In this document: positions 44,435 to 53,414 of the stretch, one piece after another
Numbering within the stretch: position 1 is the first letter of the stretch
Layout: each line of letters opens with the position of its first letter
IMG/VR virus record: IMGVR_UViG_3300002144_000477
Location: 106,894-170,893 of that record
Source: a virus
DNA length: 64,000 bases
Reading direction: 5' to 3' (one strand)
The notes under the pieces: generated by a model
Told to the model about the DNA's origin: nothing
Database searches by the model: none
The model's input: only the letters and a program-made list of their open reading frames with translations
Program-made: the position numbers and the translations under genes

Positions 44435-45154
44435 TTACTTAGTTTGTGCAGGCAAAATGTAGTTGTACTCAATTAACCCGCTGTCAACGGTAATCATAGT
44501 AGCACCTTCATCGCTGATTTTAAGAGTCTTATCTCCTGTTAGGCTCAGAATGTTAGTGATAGCTGTAACTGGCCAACTCCAGGCTTTAGTTAGTTTACCA
44601 CTTACTCCGCTTTCGAATACAAATTCACCGCTGTGGCTACTTGGGTTGCCGAAGAAGAATTTGAGGTCGGATCCGTCAGTCTTAGCACTAAACGTGGTTT
44701 CATCGTTGTGTGCCTGGCTTTGGAATTTTAAACGTTGAATACCAATTACTGAAGGAACAATATCAATGTTCCAGTTAACTGCTTTAAATTTAAAATTCTT
44801 AAGAATAGCAGTAACTACATCGGCTTTCATGAAACGATAGTCGTTTTTAAAGTCGCCTTCTTTGTTTTCAAAGTGGATGTTAGTTGGTGCTTCTCCGTCT
44901 CGTGAAACATCAATTTTAGCATTTTCTTTATATACTGGAAGATTTAAAATAGTGTTTAGCTTGCTTAAGTTAGGCATACCGAATGTGCCTACAAAATCAG
45001 CAACGGGACCTTTAAACTTGCCTTCAACGATAACACTACGGTCTTCGCTAATACAGTTAATAGTTGTGCCATTTTCGTCTCCGGTAATCTTAATCAAATC
45101 AATGTTACCAAGACCGTACGTGTGTTGAACGATGTCTAATAGATAGTCGCGCAT
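44435..45154 (-). CDS. DNA polymerase sliding clamp (gp45/PCNA-like)
   Basis: 239 aa beta-rich, ends YNYILPA, near the polymerase gene. Confidence 0.65.
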   Translation of the reverse strand: MRDYLLDIVQHTYGLGNIDLIKITGDENGTTINCISEDRSVIVEGKFKGPVADFVGTFGMPNLSKLNTILNLPVYKENAKIDVSRDGEAPTNIHFENKEGDFKNDYRFMKADVVTAILKNFKFKAVNWNIDIVPSVIGIQRLKFQSQAHNDETTFSAKTDGSDLKFFFGNPSSHSGEFVFESGVSGKLTKAWSWPVTAITNILSLTGDKTLKISDEGATMITVDSGLIEYNYILPAQTK

Positions 45155-45186
45155 GTGTTATTCCTTTAATTAAAGTTTATATTGAT

Positions 45187-45215
45187 ATTATAGCATCAAT
45201 AGTGCTGTGTGTCAA
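45187..45215 (-). promoter_or_regulatory. sigma70 consensus promoter TTGACA-N17-TATAAT
   Basis: Upstream of clamp gene. Confidence 0.85.
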
Positions 45216-46159
45216 GCTGATCGTTTATCCATATCGAGCACTCTGGCTAATGCCTGGTGTGCTTTAATGCTGTACAGGTCGCCCGGTTTCCGAATCTCTA
45301 ACCAGCTAAATGCAGGATTGAAGTCAAAGTCGGTAATGATATCGTAGCCGAGACTACGAACCAATGGTATAAGTACGCTTTTGGGCATATAGCTCATAAA
45401 GTAACTTTCGGCATACGCAGCCGCCGGTGCCAAATCTGCATTGTTATATGTAAACATCATCACGCCACCGGGACGCAATAATGTAAATATCTCTCGCAAA
45501 TAATCCTTAATGCTTTGCATGCTACGATAGTTAAAGTAGTTAAAGCTAAAAACAAATCCAAATTGATCTTTAGGTAACTCATCAAAGTTGATTGTTTCGT
45601 CGTCGATTAAATATGGCCGAACTCTGTGCTTATAGTCATCGTTAAATTGATTAACGGTAACATCAAGAAACTCGTTAAAGTTGTCTACTACATACAACGG
45701 ATCGCCAGCTACCAAATGCTTAGTCATGTCGCCATCGCGACAACCCATTTCTAGCATTGGATATTTCCAATCAACATATTTCCCGATTCGCGTGATGAAT
45801 GTATCAACGGCTCTCTCCGGGATATACAACTTACGAACTTCTCTAATACTCTGAGCGTCGGAGTACGCTAGTTCTAAATCGTAGTTTCTTACATAGAATT
45901 CACGGCTCATTCCTTCAATTTCTTCATTGGCTAGTCGTGTTTGATTAGCCAATGAAGATTGCAGTTGCTCAAGCTCGTCTCTAACTGCAACTAATCTGTG
46001 CATAATTTGTTGCACATATTCGTTGTGATGCATTTCTACATCACCAGTTATGACATTCCTTAAATCTTCATTTAAGTGATCAATCGCTTGCTGAATACCG
46101 TAAACTGACAGTGTTTCGTTTAGACGATTTTTAAACTGTACTAAATCACTTAATTTCAT
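45212..46159 (-). CDS. class I SAM-dependent methyltransferase with N-terminal coiled coil
   Basis: LEMGCRDG motif I, LLRPGGVMMF. Confidence 0.75.
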   Translation of the reverse strand: MKLSDLVQFKNRLNETLSVYGIQQAIDHLNEDLRNVITGDVEMHHNEYVQQIMHRLVAVRDELEQLQSSLANQTRLANEEIEGMSREFYVRNYDLELAYSDAQSIREVRKLYIPERAVDTFITRIGKYVDWKYPMLEMGCRDGDMTKHLVAGDPLYVVDNFNEFLDVTVNQFNDDYKHRVRPYLIDDETINFDELPKDQFGFVFSFNYFNYRSMQSIKDYLREIFTLLRPGGVMMFTYNNADLAPAAAYAESYFMSYMPKSVLIPLVRSLGYDIITDFDFNPAFSWLEIRKPGDLYSIKAHQALARVLDMDKRSA

Positions 46160-46192
46160 ATATGAGCATCCATAATATACGTATATTTCTAT

Positions 46193-48859
46193 TTAGTCGT
46201 CCCAAGTGAACAGACTATCAAAAGTTGTTTTGATATCAGTTGCCTCAGGAATCCCCCATTCTAATACACCTAATAAGTTGTCTACCTTTTGATCAACAAT
46301 AGTCGATTCCATTAAGTTATCGTCAAACGGCAACTCTTTGTACCATGCAGGGATATGACTTTCGTCTGTGGGATATGCAACACTTGTATATCCCAGTGGG
46401 TTATCTTTTAGTTTACAGACGATGACTTTCATACCATCCATAATTTCAGTACTGTACCTATCTCCGTGCATTGCTTTTAACTTATTCCAGTTCATAGCTG
46501 CACGTACATGTCCTGGCATATTAGCTCTACCGAGTCGGGCTTCTTCGGCGGTATACTTAGTTAAGTTGTTAACTCGCTTAGGTGTACCTTTTTCCCATGC
46601 CGGGCGATCAGCAAACGCCAATTTAAAATCACGCACTTTACGAATTACTTCGTCTCTAGGCAACTGTTCTGTCAATGTTGTTAACAGAATTTCGCTTAGA
46701 AAGTCCTGCACTACCCGTGGCGTGTCACTGCGCTTCAAATCTAAGCCCATAGCCTTAACTTTACCCAAGCTACCGTGGGTGTCAAGTCTGGTACCTTCGT
46801 TGTCATAGATCAATACCGCATACCGCTTCTTTTTAATAAAGAGACCCTTGCTTGCTACAAGTTCACGTCCAGCTTGGATAATAGAACCCATCGATCTTGG
46901 GCAGTGACACGCCCGTTCCATAAACGCAGGAAACGATTCGTTTACTTGTTCAGCAATTGTATCATACAACTGTACACAAATATCGTTGTTCCATTCCATG
47001 CGTCCTGCCTCAACTTCATCCTTAATTGCCGGCCAAGCAGTAAAGTACACTGAGTCAGTATCACCGTAAATTATCGATTCACCCACGTGATCGTATTTGC
47101 CCATGATACATTCGTTAACAAACGCATCCATGTGTTTAGCAATAATACGACCTGTAAGCGTTGTACTCTGACCAATACGATGATCAAAGAATCTACAATG
47201 AGGATTAAGAATAGCACCATACAAACTGTTCAAATTAATCTTCTTAACTAACTGTCGTTTGTCCCAGAATGCTTTTTCTTCTGGCGTAGTTGCAGATTTC
47301 TTCTTTGCCTGCAATTCTTTACGTTCAGCATACCAGCGTTCAAGCAGGCCCGGGATAATACCTTTATGAGCAGTAGTAAAGATAGTTCCGTTAGCACTTA
47401 CCGTCCAAGGTTGATTACTGTCGAAAATCAACCGCCATACATTGGCAGCACTAGTAACGTCAGACTCACCATTTTCCCAGTCAATGGTCAGTTCAGTACC
47501 AATGTCCATATTCATCATTGCTTGATACTCAAGTGTACCAAACATATTTTCCCAAGCATCAGCAAAACTACTTCCCTTAGCCATTTTGTCACGGATGTAG
47601 TTATCTGTCATTATTGGTCGGATTTGTCCAACGACGGTTTCTGGACCCATGTTGAGGGCGCGAAGAGCCGAGGGGTACAGCGAGTTAAGGTCGATCGCGC
47701 CAATGTAGTCGTGCATGCCTTTTTTGGGGAAAGCAACATAGGCACCTGCCGCTTGCGTGTTATCGTCGTCATTTTTTCTAATCCTTGAAGGAACAACCAT
47801 TCCGCGCAGATGCGCTTCGTTAATAATAGCCTGCTCAGTAACAGCCACTGCGCCCATTGTGGTAGGCAACAGCACAGTATTATCGTGTGCCAGCTCGTTT
47901 GCTAAATCAATGAATCGTAGTTTTTTATCCATTTTAACTAACAACATAACGTCTTGTCTGTTGTAGTCTAAGAATGTTTCAAAGTTTTTATTGTAAAGTT
48001 GGTCAAGACTTCCTTCATACTGAGTCTTGCGCTCGCCTAGTTCATACTCACCAATTGCATCTAAGCTGTAACTGTGGCGTTCTTCGTAAGTATACTTGCG
48101 GTACAACTGCATGTAGTCTAAGTGTACACGACCAATCAAGTCAAACGTAACGTTCTCTGCGCCAAAGCGCTCGAACATACGTTGTTTAGGGAGTTGATCC
48201 CACAAGCAAAATCTACGAGTATCATTTTTGCTTAGTACACGAATAACACGGTTGACAGTATAGGGAATATCATATCCCTCACTGTTCCAGCCTGATAAAA
48301 TATCAGCGTCGTCAATTAAATCTAAAAATACAACAAGCATTTCTGCTTCAGTGCGAAACATAAATGTGTTGTCAAACTTAGCGGCATGCTCCTCGGCCGT
48401 TTCCCAGCTCATGCTCTTAGGCGGGACCGCCAACGTAATAAGTTTGTCTAGCCAATCAAGGTATACGGTGATACTTGTAATTTTGTTAAACGGATCACCA
48501 GGTGAACTGTAGCCGCGCTCTGGGTCAAAGTCTACCTCAATGTCAAAAAAGCATGTATGCAGTTTGGGCGAATCTACACCAAGGTAGTTGTCTGCAAGAC
48601 ACCGTAGCACTGGATTGATATCACTTTCGTGTACCTGCTTACTTGAGTTAACTCGTAGTTCTTTATGGAACTCTTTACTATTTCGTGTGCTGAATTTACT
48701 AACAGGCGCTCCGTGAATAGTACGATATTTTCCCTTAGGGTCTTCGTAGTAAAACACATAGTTAGCCGGATATGTTTTAAACTCTCTACGCCCATTAACC
48801 CTCTCCACGACGTGGATAGTGTCTTTTTCTTTTTCAAATCTTGCGTCAATATAGCTCAT
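46193..48859 (-). CDS. DNA polymerase family B (gp43-like)
   Basis: DIE exonuclease motif, DLNSLYPS, K...NSLYG, YGDTDS, KKRY. Confidence 0.97.
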   Translation of the reverse strand: MSYIDARFEKEKDTIHVVERVNGRREFKTYPANYVFYYEDPKGKYRTIHGAPVSKFSTRNSKEFHKELRVNSSKQVHESDINPVLRCLADNYLGVDSPKLHTCFFDIEVDFDPERGYSSPGDPFNKITSITVYLDWLDKLITLAVPPKSMSWETAEEHAAKFDNTFMFRTEAEMLVVFLDLIDDADILSGWNSEGYDIPYTVNRVIRVLSKNDTRRFCLWDQLPKQRMFERFGAENVTFDLIGRVHLDYMQLYRKYTYEERHSYSLDAIGEYELGERKTQYEGSLDQLYNKNFETFLDYNRQDVMLLVKMDKKLRFIDLANELAHDNTVLLPTTMGAVAVTEQAIINEAHLRGMVVPSRIRKNDDDNTQAAGAYVAFPKKGMHDYIGAIDLNSLYPSALRALNMGPETVVGQIRPIMTDNYIRDKMAKGSSFADAWENMFGTLEYQAMMNMDIGTELTIDWENGESDVTSAANVWRLIFDSNQPWTVSANGTIFTTAHKGIIPGLLERWYAERKELQAKKKSATTPEEKAFWDKRQLVKKINLNSLYGAILNPHCRFFDHRIGQSTTLTGRIIAKHMDAFVNECIMGKYDHVGESIIYGDTDSVYFTAWPAIKDEVEAGRMEWNNDICVQLYDTIAEQVNESFPAFMERACHCPRSMGSIIQAGRELVASKGLFIKKKRYAVLIYDNEGTRLDTHGSLGKVKAMGLDLKRSDTPRVVQDFLSEILLTTLTEQLPRDEVIRKVRDFKLAFADRPAWEKGTPKRVNNLTKYTAEEARLGRANMPGHVRAAMNWNKLKAMHGDRYSTEIMDGMKVIVCKLKDNPLGYTSVAYPTDESHIPAWYKELPFDDNLMESTIVDQKVDNLLGVLEWGIPEATDIKTTFDSLFTWDD

Positions 48860-49086
48860 GTATTGTAAATTAATCCTAGTATATAGACTATTGTAAGGCT
48901 TGTATTAAGAAAGATCAATGATCGTTCTTTCCATAATACACCGGTTGCCGCCCAAATGGCATTGCTTAGTATAAAAAATGCATGATGTAATAGCAACTGG
49001 GGCACGAAGCTAGCCAAACAAGCGGCAAGCACGACCCCAGTGGTTCCTACCCAGGCAAGCCATTGGTATGGCTTGTTTTCTGACAT
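48856..49086 (-). CDS. small membrane protein
   Basis: Three hydrophobic segments; coupled on both sides. Confidence 0.7.
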   Translation of the reverse strand: MSENKPYQWLAWVGTTGVVLAACLASFVPQLLLHHAFFILSNAIWAATGVLWKERSLIFLNTSLTIVYILGLIYNT

Positions 49087-49340
49087 TACAGGGTGCGACC
49101 AACAGTCTCTAGAATATCGTTTAGCAATTCGTGATCGGCATTGTAGTCTGTTAACTTACTCTTGTGTGCAACATTGATTGCTTTTTTAAGAACAGCTGGT
49201 TTAATTTCTAGTTCTTCTGCTACTGCTTTGATGGTGTCATTTAGTCCAGCATTTAGATCTTCAATCTCTTGCTTTACTTGAATGCCCTCATTCATAATCT
49301 GTGTTAGTTTCGATTTCTGCTCGCCTGTAAACATAGCCAT
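49086..49340 (-). CDS. T4 DsbA-like dsDNA-binding protein
   Basis: EIEDL...I KAVAEELEIKPAVLKKAI pattern; AAGGAG SD. Confidence 0.6.
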   Translation of the reverse strand: MAMFTGEQKSKLTQIMNEGIQVKQEIEDLNAGLNDTIKAVAEELEIKPAVLKKAINVAHKSKLTDYNADHELLNDILETVGRTL

Positions 49341-49370
49341 AATGCTATTCTCCTTAGTATAATATATAGT

Positions 49371-49399
49371 ATTGTACTATAAGTGTGACGTAATGTCAA
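49371..49399 (-). promoter_or_regulatory. sigma70-type promoter TTGACA-N17-TACAAT
   Basis: Heads the dsbA-like to polymerase run. Confidence 0.8.
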
Positions 49400-50577
49400 C
49401 CCTTATAATTTTCCAAATAGTAGGTAACAGCTTCAGTTACATTTGGTTCCCACGGAAAGTGTCCAACATTGTTATTGTCAAAGTAAAATGGACTAATTTC
49501 AACGGTACGACGGTCTCGGTCAGTTGCAGTACTTGCTATTTTAACTTTGTGGTTATAATAACGTGCATTGTTATCGAACTTATACAAATACTCACGTGCC
49601 TGCCATTTTGTACCAGTTACACCTTGATCAATCTTAGCATAGAATGTTTGTAAATTGCTATAACTCCAGAACTGGAATCGCTCACTATGGAAGAATACCT
49701 CACTCATGAATCGATCGTAACGATCCTGTGTAATACCTTTCTTGTAGTCTGCAACAGCGTGTTGCAACGGACGTTGCATAGAAAACTGGTACTTTAAATT
49801 AAAGTAATGCCACCACCAGTAATCAGCAATGGAGTATGCATTTTCTAAATTTGCTTCTGCGAAGTTATCAGCTACTTTGTCAACATACCATTTGCTAAAG
49901 TCTGGGTGGCTCCACGGATTAGTTTGCTTATCGTAGAATACTTTAATAAGATCACGATTCTCGTTAGCAGGCAACATATGTCTTCCATCGGGAATTAGGT
50001 GTGCAAATGCTCCGATGCTAGGTCCGTATATGCAATCGCCGGGATCACCGTGTAATAGCATAACTTTATCCAAGAACTCGTTGGTAACATCAATATCATT
50101 GATATGTACAATTTTTAACTTGCCACTAATGTGCCGCTGATAGAAGTCCATATTTTCTAATAGACTATCAGTGTTCAACACTACAGTTAATATCTTTCTA
50201 TCTGCTTCGCTTAAATTCTTAATAAAGCTAACTAGCACGCCGGAACTGTCGATACCACCAGACCACATGATATAAATTTCGCGATTAGTTTCGCTAGCAA
50301 TTTTAAATAACTCTAGCGCACGTTCGTCTAATATATCGTCGAGTGAGTCTGGTATATAACGTAGACTGGGCATACCCCATATAGCATTATCGTTCGGACT
50401 GTCCCACGGGGTAGTAAAAGTTCCAGAACGAGGCCTTACATCTTTAACTCCAATGTTTAATTTACTGTACCTCTGCCAGTGTTGTCCCACTGGGTTCTTA
50501 ATGTCAAGGTATTCGATTAACTGGTTATCGACCATGTTACCGTGTTTTATTTGATTAATGTGTTTTTCAATTGACAT
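49396..50577 (-). CDS. asparagine-synthetase-like PP-loop ATP pyrophosphatase (copy 2)
   Basis: MWSGGIDSS, HGDPGDCIYG, DYWWWHYFNLK. Confidence 0.7.
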   Translation of the reverse strand: MSIEKHINQIKHGNMVDNQLIEYLDIKNPVGQHWQRYSKLNIGVKDVRPRSGTFTTPWDSPNDNAIWGMPSLRYIPDSLDDILDERALELFKIASETNREIYIMWSGGIDSSGVLVSFIKNLSEADRKILTVVLNTDSLLENMDFYQRHISGKLKIVHINDIDVTNEFLDKVMLLHGDPGDCIYGPSIGAFAHLIPDGRHMLPANENRDLIKVFYDKQTNPWSHPDFSKWYVDKVADNFAEANLENAYSIADYWWWHYFNLKYQFSMQRPLQHAVADYKKGITQDRYDRFMSEVFFHSERFQFWSYSNLQTFYAKIDQGVTGTKWQAREYLYKFDNNARYYNHKVKIASTATDRDRRTVEISPFYFDNNNVGHFPWEPNVTEAVTYYLENYKG

Positions 50578-51250
50578 TTAGCCACTCCGAAATCTTAGGA
50601 TGTATATACCGTTGCAAATGACATTTAATTGGAATCTTATTAAACTCAACTCCAATTTGCTGTCTAATATCATCAACACTTTGTTCAATGTCAATATTGT
50701 TGTATAGCATTTGAAAAACTTCGCCTTTGTATGAACGCAAATATTTCATTATACTAAACTTATAATCGGTTTCCCATTTAATAAGATCTAGTAATGCCTG
50801 ATCGTCGGGCATTACTAATTTAGAAAACTCAGCTAATTGTTCAAGATGCATTTTTTGATTGCGACTCTTTGTACGCATAGTATCTTGGAAATATCCATAC
50901 TCTTTATTAAACACTTTGATAAACTGATGAAAACAACTAACAACATCAACTAAATGCGTGTGGTATGAATCAATTGGGTCAGTGTTTGGTATAAGGCGAA
51001 TGTACGGTTCGCTTTTTGGGTGAATATCGACCGCTATGTTGATTCGGTTTGAATCAGCTAATCCGATGTTTATTAATCGACCGCGATCAAGAATACCTTC
51101 GCGATAATTTTCAATGTCGCTTACTCGCACACAGTACAACAGTATCTTGTGTGTTAATACGAACTGAATGCTTTTAAGCATTTCGTAACTTCTATCCGCG
51201 ATTACAAATCTGTTTGATCGCGGATTATATAATGCATATAATTCTTTCAA
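50567..51250 (-). CDS. hypothetical partner protein (copy 2)
   Basis: N-terminus resembles 52421-53164. Confidence 0.7.
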   Translation of the reverse strand: MKELYALYNPRSNRFVIADRSYEMLKSIQFVLTHKILLYCVRVSDIENYREGILDRGRLINIGLADSNRINIAVDIHPKSEPYIRLIPNTDPIDSYHTHLVDVVSCFHQFIKVFNKEYGYFQDTMRTKSRNQKMHLEQLAEFSKLVMPDDQALLDLIKWETDYKFSIMKYLRSYKGEVFQMLYNNIDIEQSVDDIRQQIGVEFNKIPIKCHLQRYIHPKISEWLNVN

Positions 51251-52452
51251 TTGAAATCCTCTAATAACTGTACAACACTTTCGCGTACACCTGGGTCAGA
51301 CAAATTGCGTCCTTGCCAACTATCAGTAAAGTATACGGGTTGTACTCGAGACTGTCTGTCTAATACATTAGCCGGAGCACCGGGCGTTTTTACTTTAGTT
51401 TCGAAGTAAAGATCATTGCGATCTAACTCAAATATATAGCTACGTGCATCATGTTTGTGCATCTTTCGTACATCCCACCCTGTGCCTGCTGGCAATAGAG
51501 TTTGCAAATTACTGTAGCTCCACTGTTGCCAATTTGGTGAATTAAAGTAGGTATTAGTTGCATAATCTACTAGTTCTTCTTTAGTGAACGATGTATTAAA
51601 GTCTGACCTACTAAAGAAAAAAGGTCGCTGGCAACTAAACTCCCACTTAAAGTTGTAGTAAGTCCACCACCACCAATCAGCTACAGTAATTACATTTTCA
51701 GGATTAATCTCTTCTAAATTAGCACTTACTGCGTTAACAAACCATTTGCCAAACCCTTCAGAATAATGAGGATGACTTGGGTGCGGCTGGACTGAATCAA
51801 TGATTCCGCTAATATGATTACGCCAAGGATCCTTATGTGTTCCTTGTTGTATAAATTTAGCATACGCCGGTATACTAGGGCCTTGTAAACAATCGCCTGG
51901 GTCGCCGTGTATCACAATATATTTTTTAAGCAACTCAGGTGTAAGATCAAAATTTGAATAATGTAAACAATCAAGTTTGTTACTGATATGGTTAACGTAA
52001 AAATGACTATTTTCTAATATGCTTCTAGAGCTTAATGTTATAGTTAAAATGTCTCTGTCAGCAGGTTCTAGATTTTTAATAAAGCTACTTAAGACCGCAG
52101 TGCTGTCAATTCCGCCGGACCATAAAATAAGTATCCGTCGATTAGTAGCCTTGGCAATACTAAACAGTTCGATTGCACGTTGGTCTGCAACATCGCTAAA
52201 CGATAAATTAGTAAAGGTAAAAGCAGGCGGCAAGTATTCAGACTTGCAACTAGCCCCCCAGGGGTTTTTAAATTCACCCAGTCTACTGCGCCAATCACTT
52301 ACACCGATTAACAATCGATTCATTTGAGTCCAATGGTTTGCATTAGGATTCTTGTAAGCAGTTAAGTTAGTAAAGTAGTCTGCCGCTACAAGTCTGGAAC
52401 TTTGTAACTCAGTTGCAGTTTTATTGTGCAGGTAGTCTTCTAAGCCATTCAT
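51247..52452 (-). CDS. asparagine-synthetase-like PP-loop ATP pyrophosphatase (copy 1)
   Basis: LWSGGIDST, HGDPGDCLQG, DWWWWTYYNFK. Confidence 0.7.
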   Translation of the reverse strand: MNGLEDYLHNKTATELQSSRLVAADYFTNLTAYKNPNANHWTQMNRLLIGVSDWRSRLGEFKNPWGASCKSEYLPPAFTFTNLSFSDVADQRAIELFSIAKATNRRILILWSGGIDSTAVLSSFIKNLEPADRDILTITLSSRSILENSHFYVNHISNKLDCLHYSNFDLTPELLKKYIVIHGDPGDCLQGPSIPAYAKFIQQGTHKDPWRNHISGIIDSVQPHPSHPHYSEGFGKWFVNAVSANLEEINPENVITVADWWWWTYYNFKWEFSCQRPFFFSRSDFNTSFTKEELVDYATNTYFNSPNWQQWSYSNLQTLLPAGTGWDVRKMHKHDARSYIFELDRNDLYFETKVKTPGAPANVLDRQSRVQPVYFTDSWQGRNLSDPGVRESVVQLLEDFN

Positions 52453-53164
52453 TGGTAAGGTTCTCCGATAGCGCCGCTATCATAATTGATTTTAAATATG
52501 CAGTTGCACCTGGACCGCCAAAGAGTGCATGGATTGTGTTAATTTCGTTCTTTAATAATGCTACTAACTTACTACGTCCGATTGATTTAATATCAGTTGT
52601 GCTAAAGAATGTATACAAACTCTTTTTAATTAACGCAGTTGAATCTTGAGTATTATGTAACTCATTACGCTCAGTCCTAACGGCCTCATCAACAAATGCA
52701 TCAGGCCCTGTTAATACTTTAATATAGTTTTCAAATTCTGTAATGCCATTTAACCTCTGTTTTATTGCATTCTTTTTATTTTGTTCTGCAATTGCTAGTA
52801 ATCTATTAAATCGGCTAAAAAAGTCGTACATTGTTTGGATATTTACAATTAGGTCCGGGCTAGCACTAAAGTCAGCTGGGCCCAGACCGTAATCAGGACG
52901 CAGTGAGTATGCATAGTCGTGCTTAATGGTAATTGGGCTAGCATCAAAATCTAAAAATTTATGTAGACGAAAGCTGCCTGCAAAATCTAATTTATTTTCT
53001 GTATTGATTTCAATGTCGGATTTTTTATCAATCAGACTAAAGTCTACACACAAAGTAGTTAACTGAACGGTTAGACAAAATTGCACAGTCTTCATTGCAC
53101 TATAGTCGTCGCCTACTAGCACAAATGTATTGTGGCGTTGCGATAACAAACCAAATTTTGGCAT
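52421..53164 (-). CDS. hypothetical partner protein (copy 1)
   Basis: GGAGGT SD; N-terminus similar to 50567-51250. Confidence 0.7.
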   Translation of the reverse strand: MPKFGLLSQRHNTFVLVGDDYSAMKTVQFCLTVQLTTLCVDFSLIDKKSDIEINTENKLDFAGSFRLHKFLDFDASPITIKHDYAYSLRPDYGLGPADFSASPDLIVNIQTMYDFFSRFNRLLAIAEQNKKNAIKQRLNGITEFENYIKVLTGPDAFVDEAVRTERNELHNTQDSTALIKKSLYTFFSTTDIKSIGRSKLVALLKNEINTIHALFGGPGATAYLKSIMIAALSENLTNEWLRRLPAQ

Positions 53165-53244
53165 TAAAACCTACCTCCAAATTGAAGCAATGTATATCCC
53201 GGCGGCTTGTCTTGGTCACCTGGTGGAAGAATGCCGGAAAACAT
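53164..53244 (-). CDS. 26-aa leader/precursor-like peptide MFSGILPPGDQDKPPGYTLLQFGGRF
   Basis: ATG just downstream of promoter; TAATG stop/start coupling. Confidence 0.35.
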   Translation of the reverse strand: MFSGILPPGDQDKPPGYTLLQFGGRF

Positions 53245-53254
53245 TACTCCATAT

Positions 53255-53283
53255 ATTATAACAATTATTAATATAATTGTCAA
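53255..53283 (-). promoter_or_regulatory. sigma70 consensus promoter with palindromic spacer (acaattat-taat-ataattgt)
   Basis: TTGACA-N17-TATAAT; 8-bp inverted repeat at 53261-53280. Confidence 0.85.
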
Positions 53284-53371
53284 GACTAATTTGCACGTAT
53301 CTTGGGGCTTCATAACGATATATCCATAATGGTAGTACTACTATTTAATAAATGCTTGACCGTGCGCTCAA

Positions 53372-53399
53372 AAAAATAGACCCGGGTGGGTCTATTTTT
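53372..53399 (-). terminator. rho-independent terminator (bidirectional)
   Basis: aaaaatagaccc-gggt-gggtctattttt. Confidence 0.85.
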
Positions 53400-53414
53400 A
53401 GCAGTTAATGAATA

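Noticed and set aside
46193-48859. Intein or intron in the DNA polymerase
   Set aside because: Continuous 888-aa ORF with normally spaced motifs and no splice-junction or LAGLIDADG signatures.
49396-52452. Calling the SGGIDS proteins QueC
   Set aside because: They are about 400 aa and lack the QueC C-terminal zinc motif (CxxCxxC) and YGQ/YPDC motifs; they fit an Asn-synthetase-like call better.
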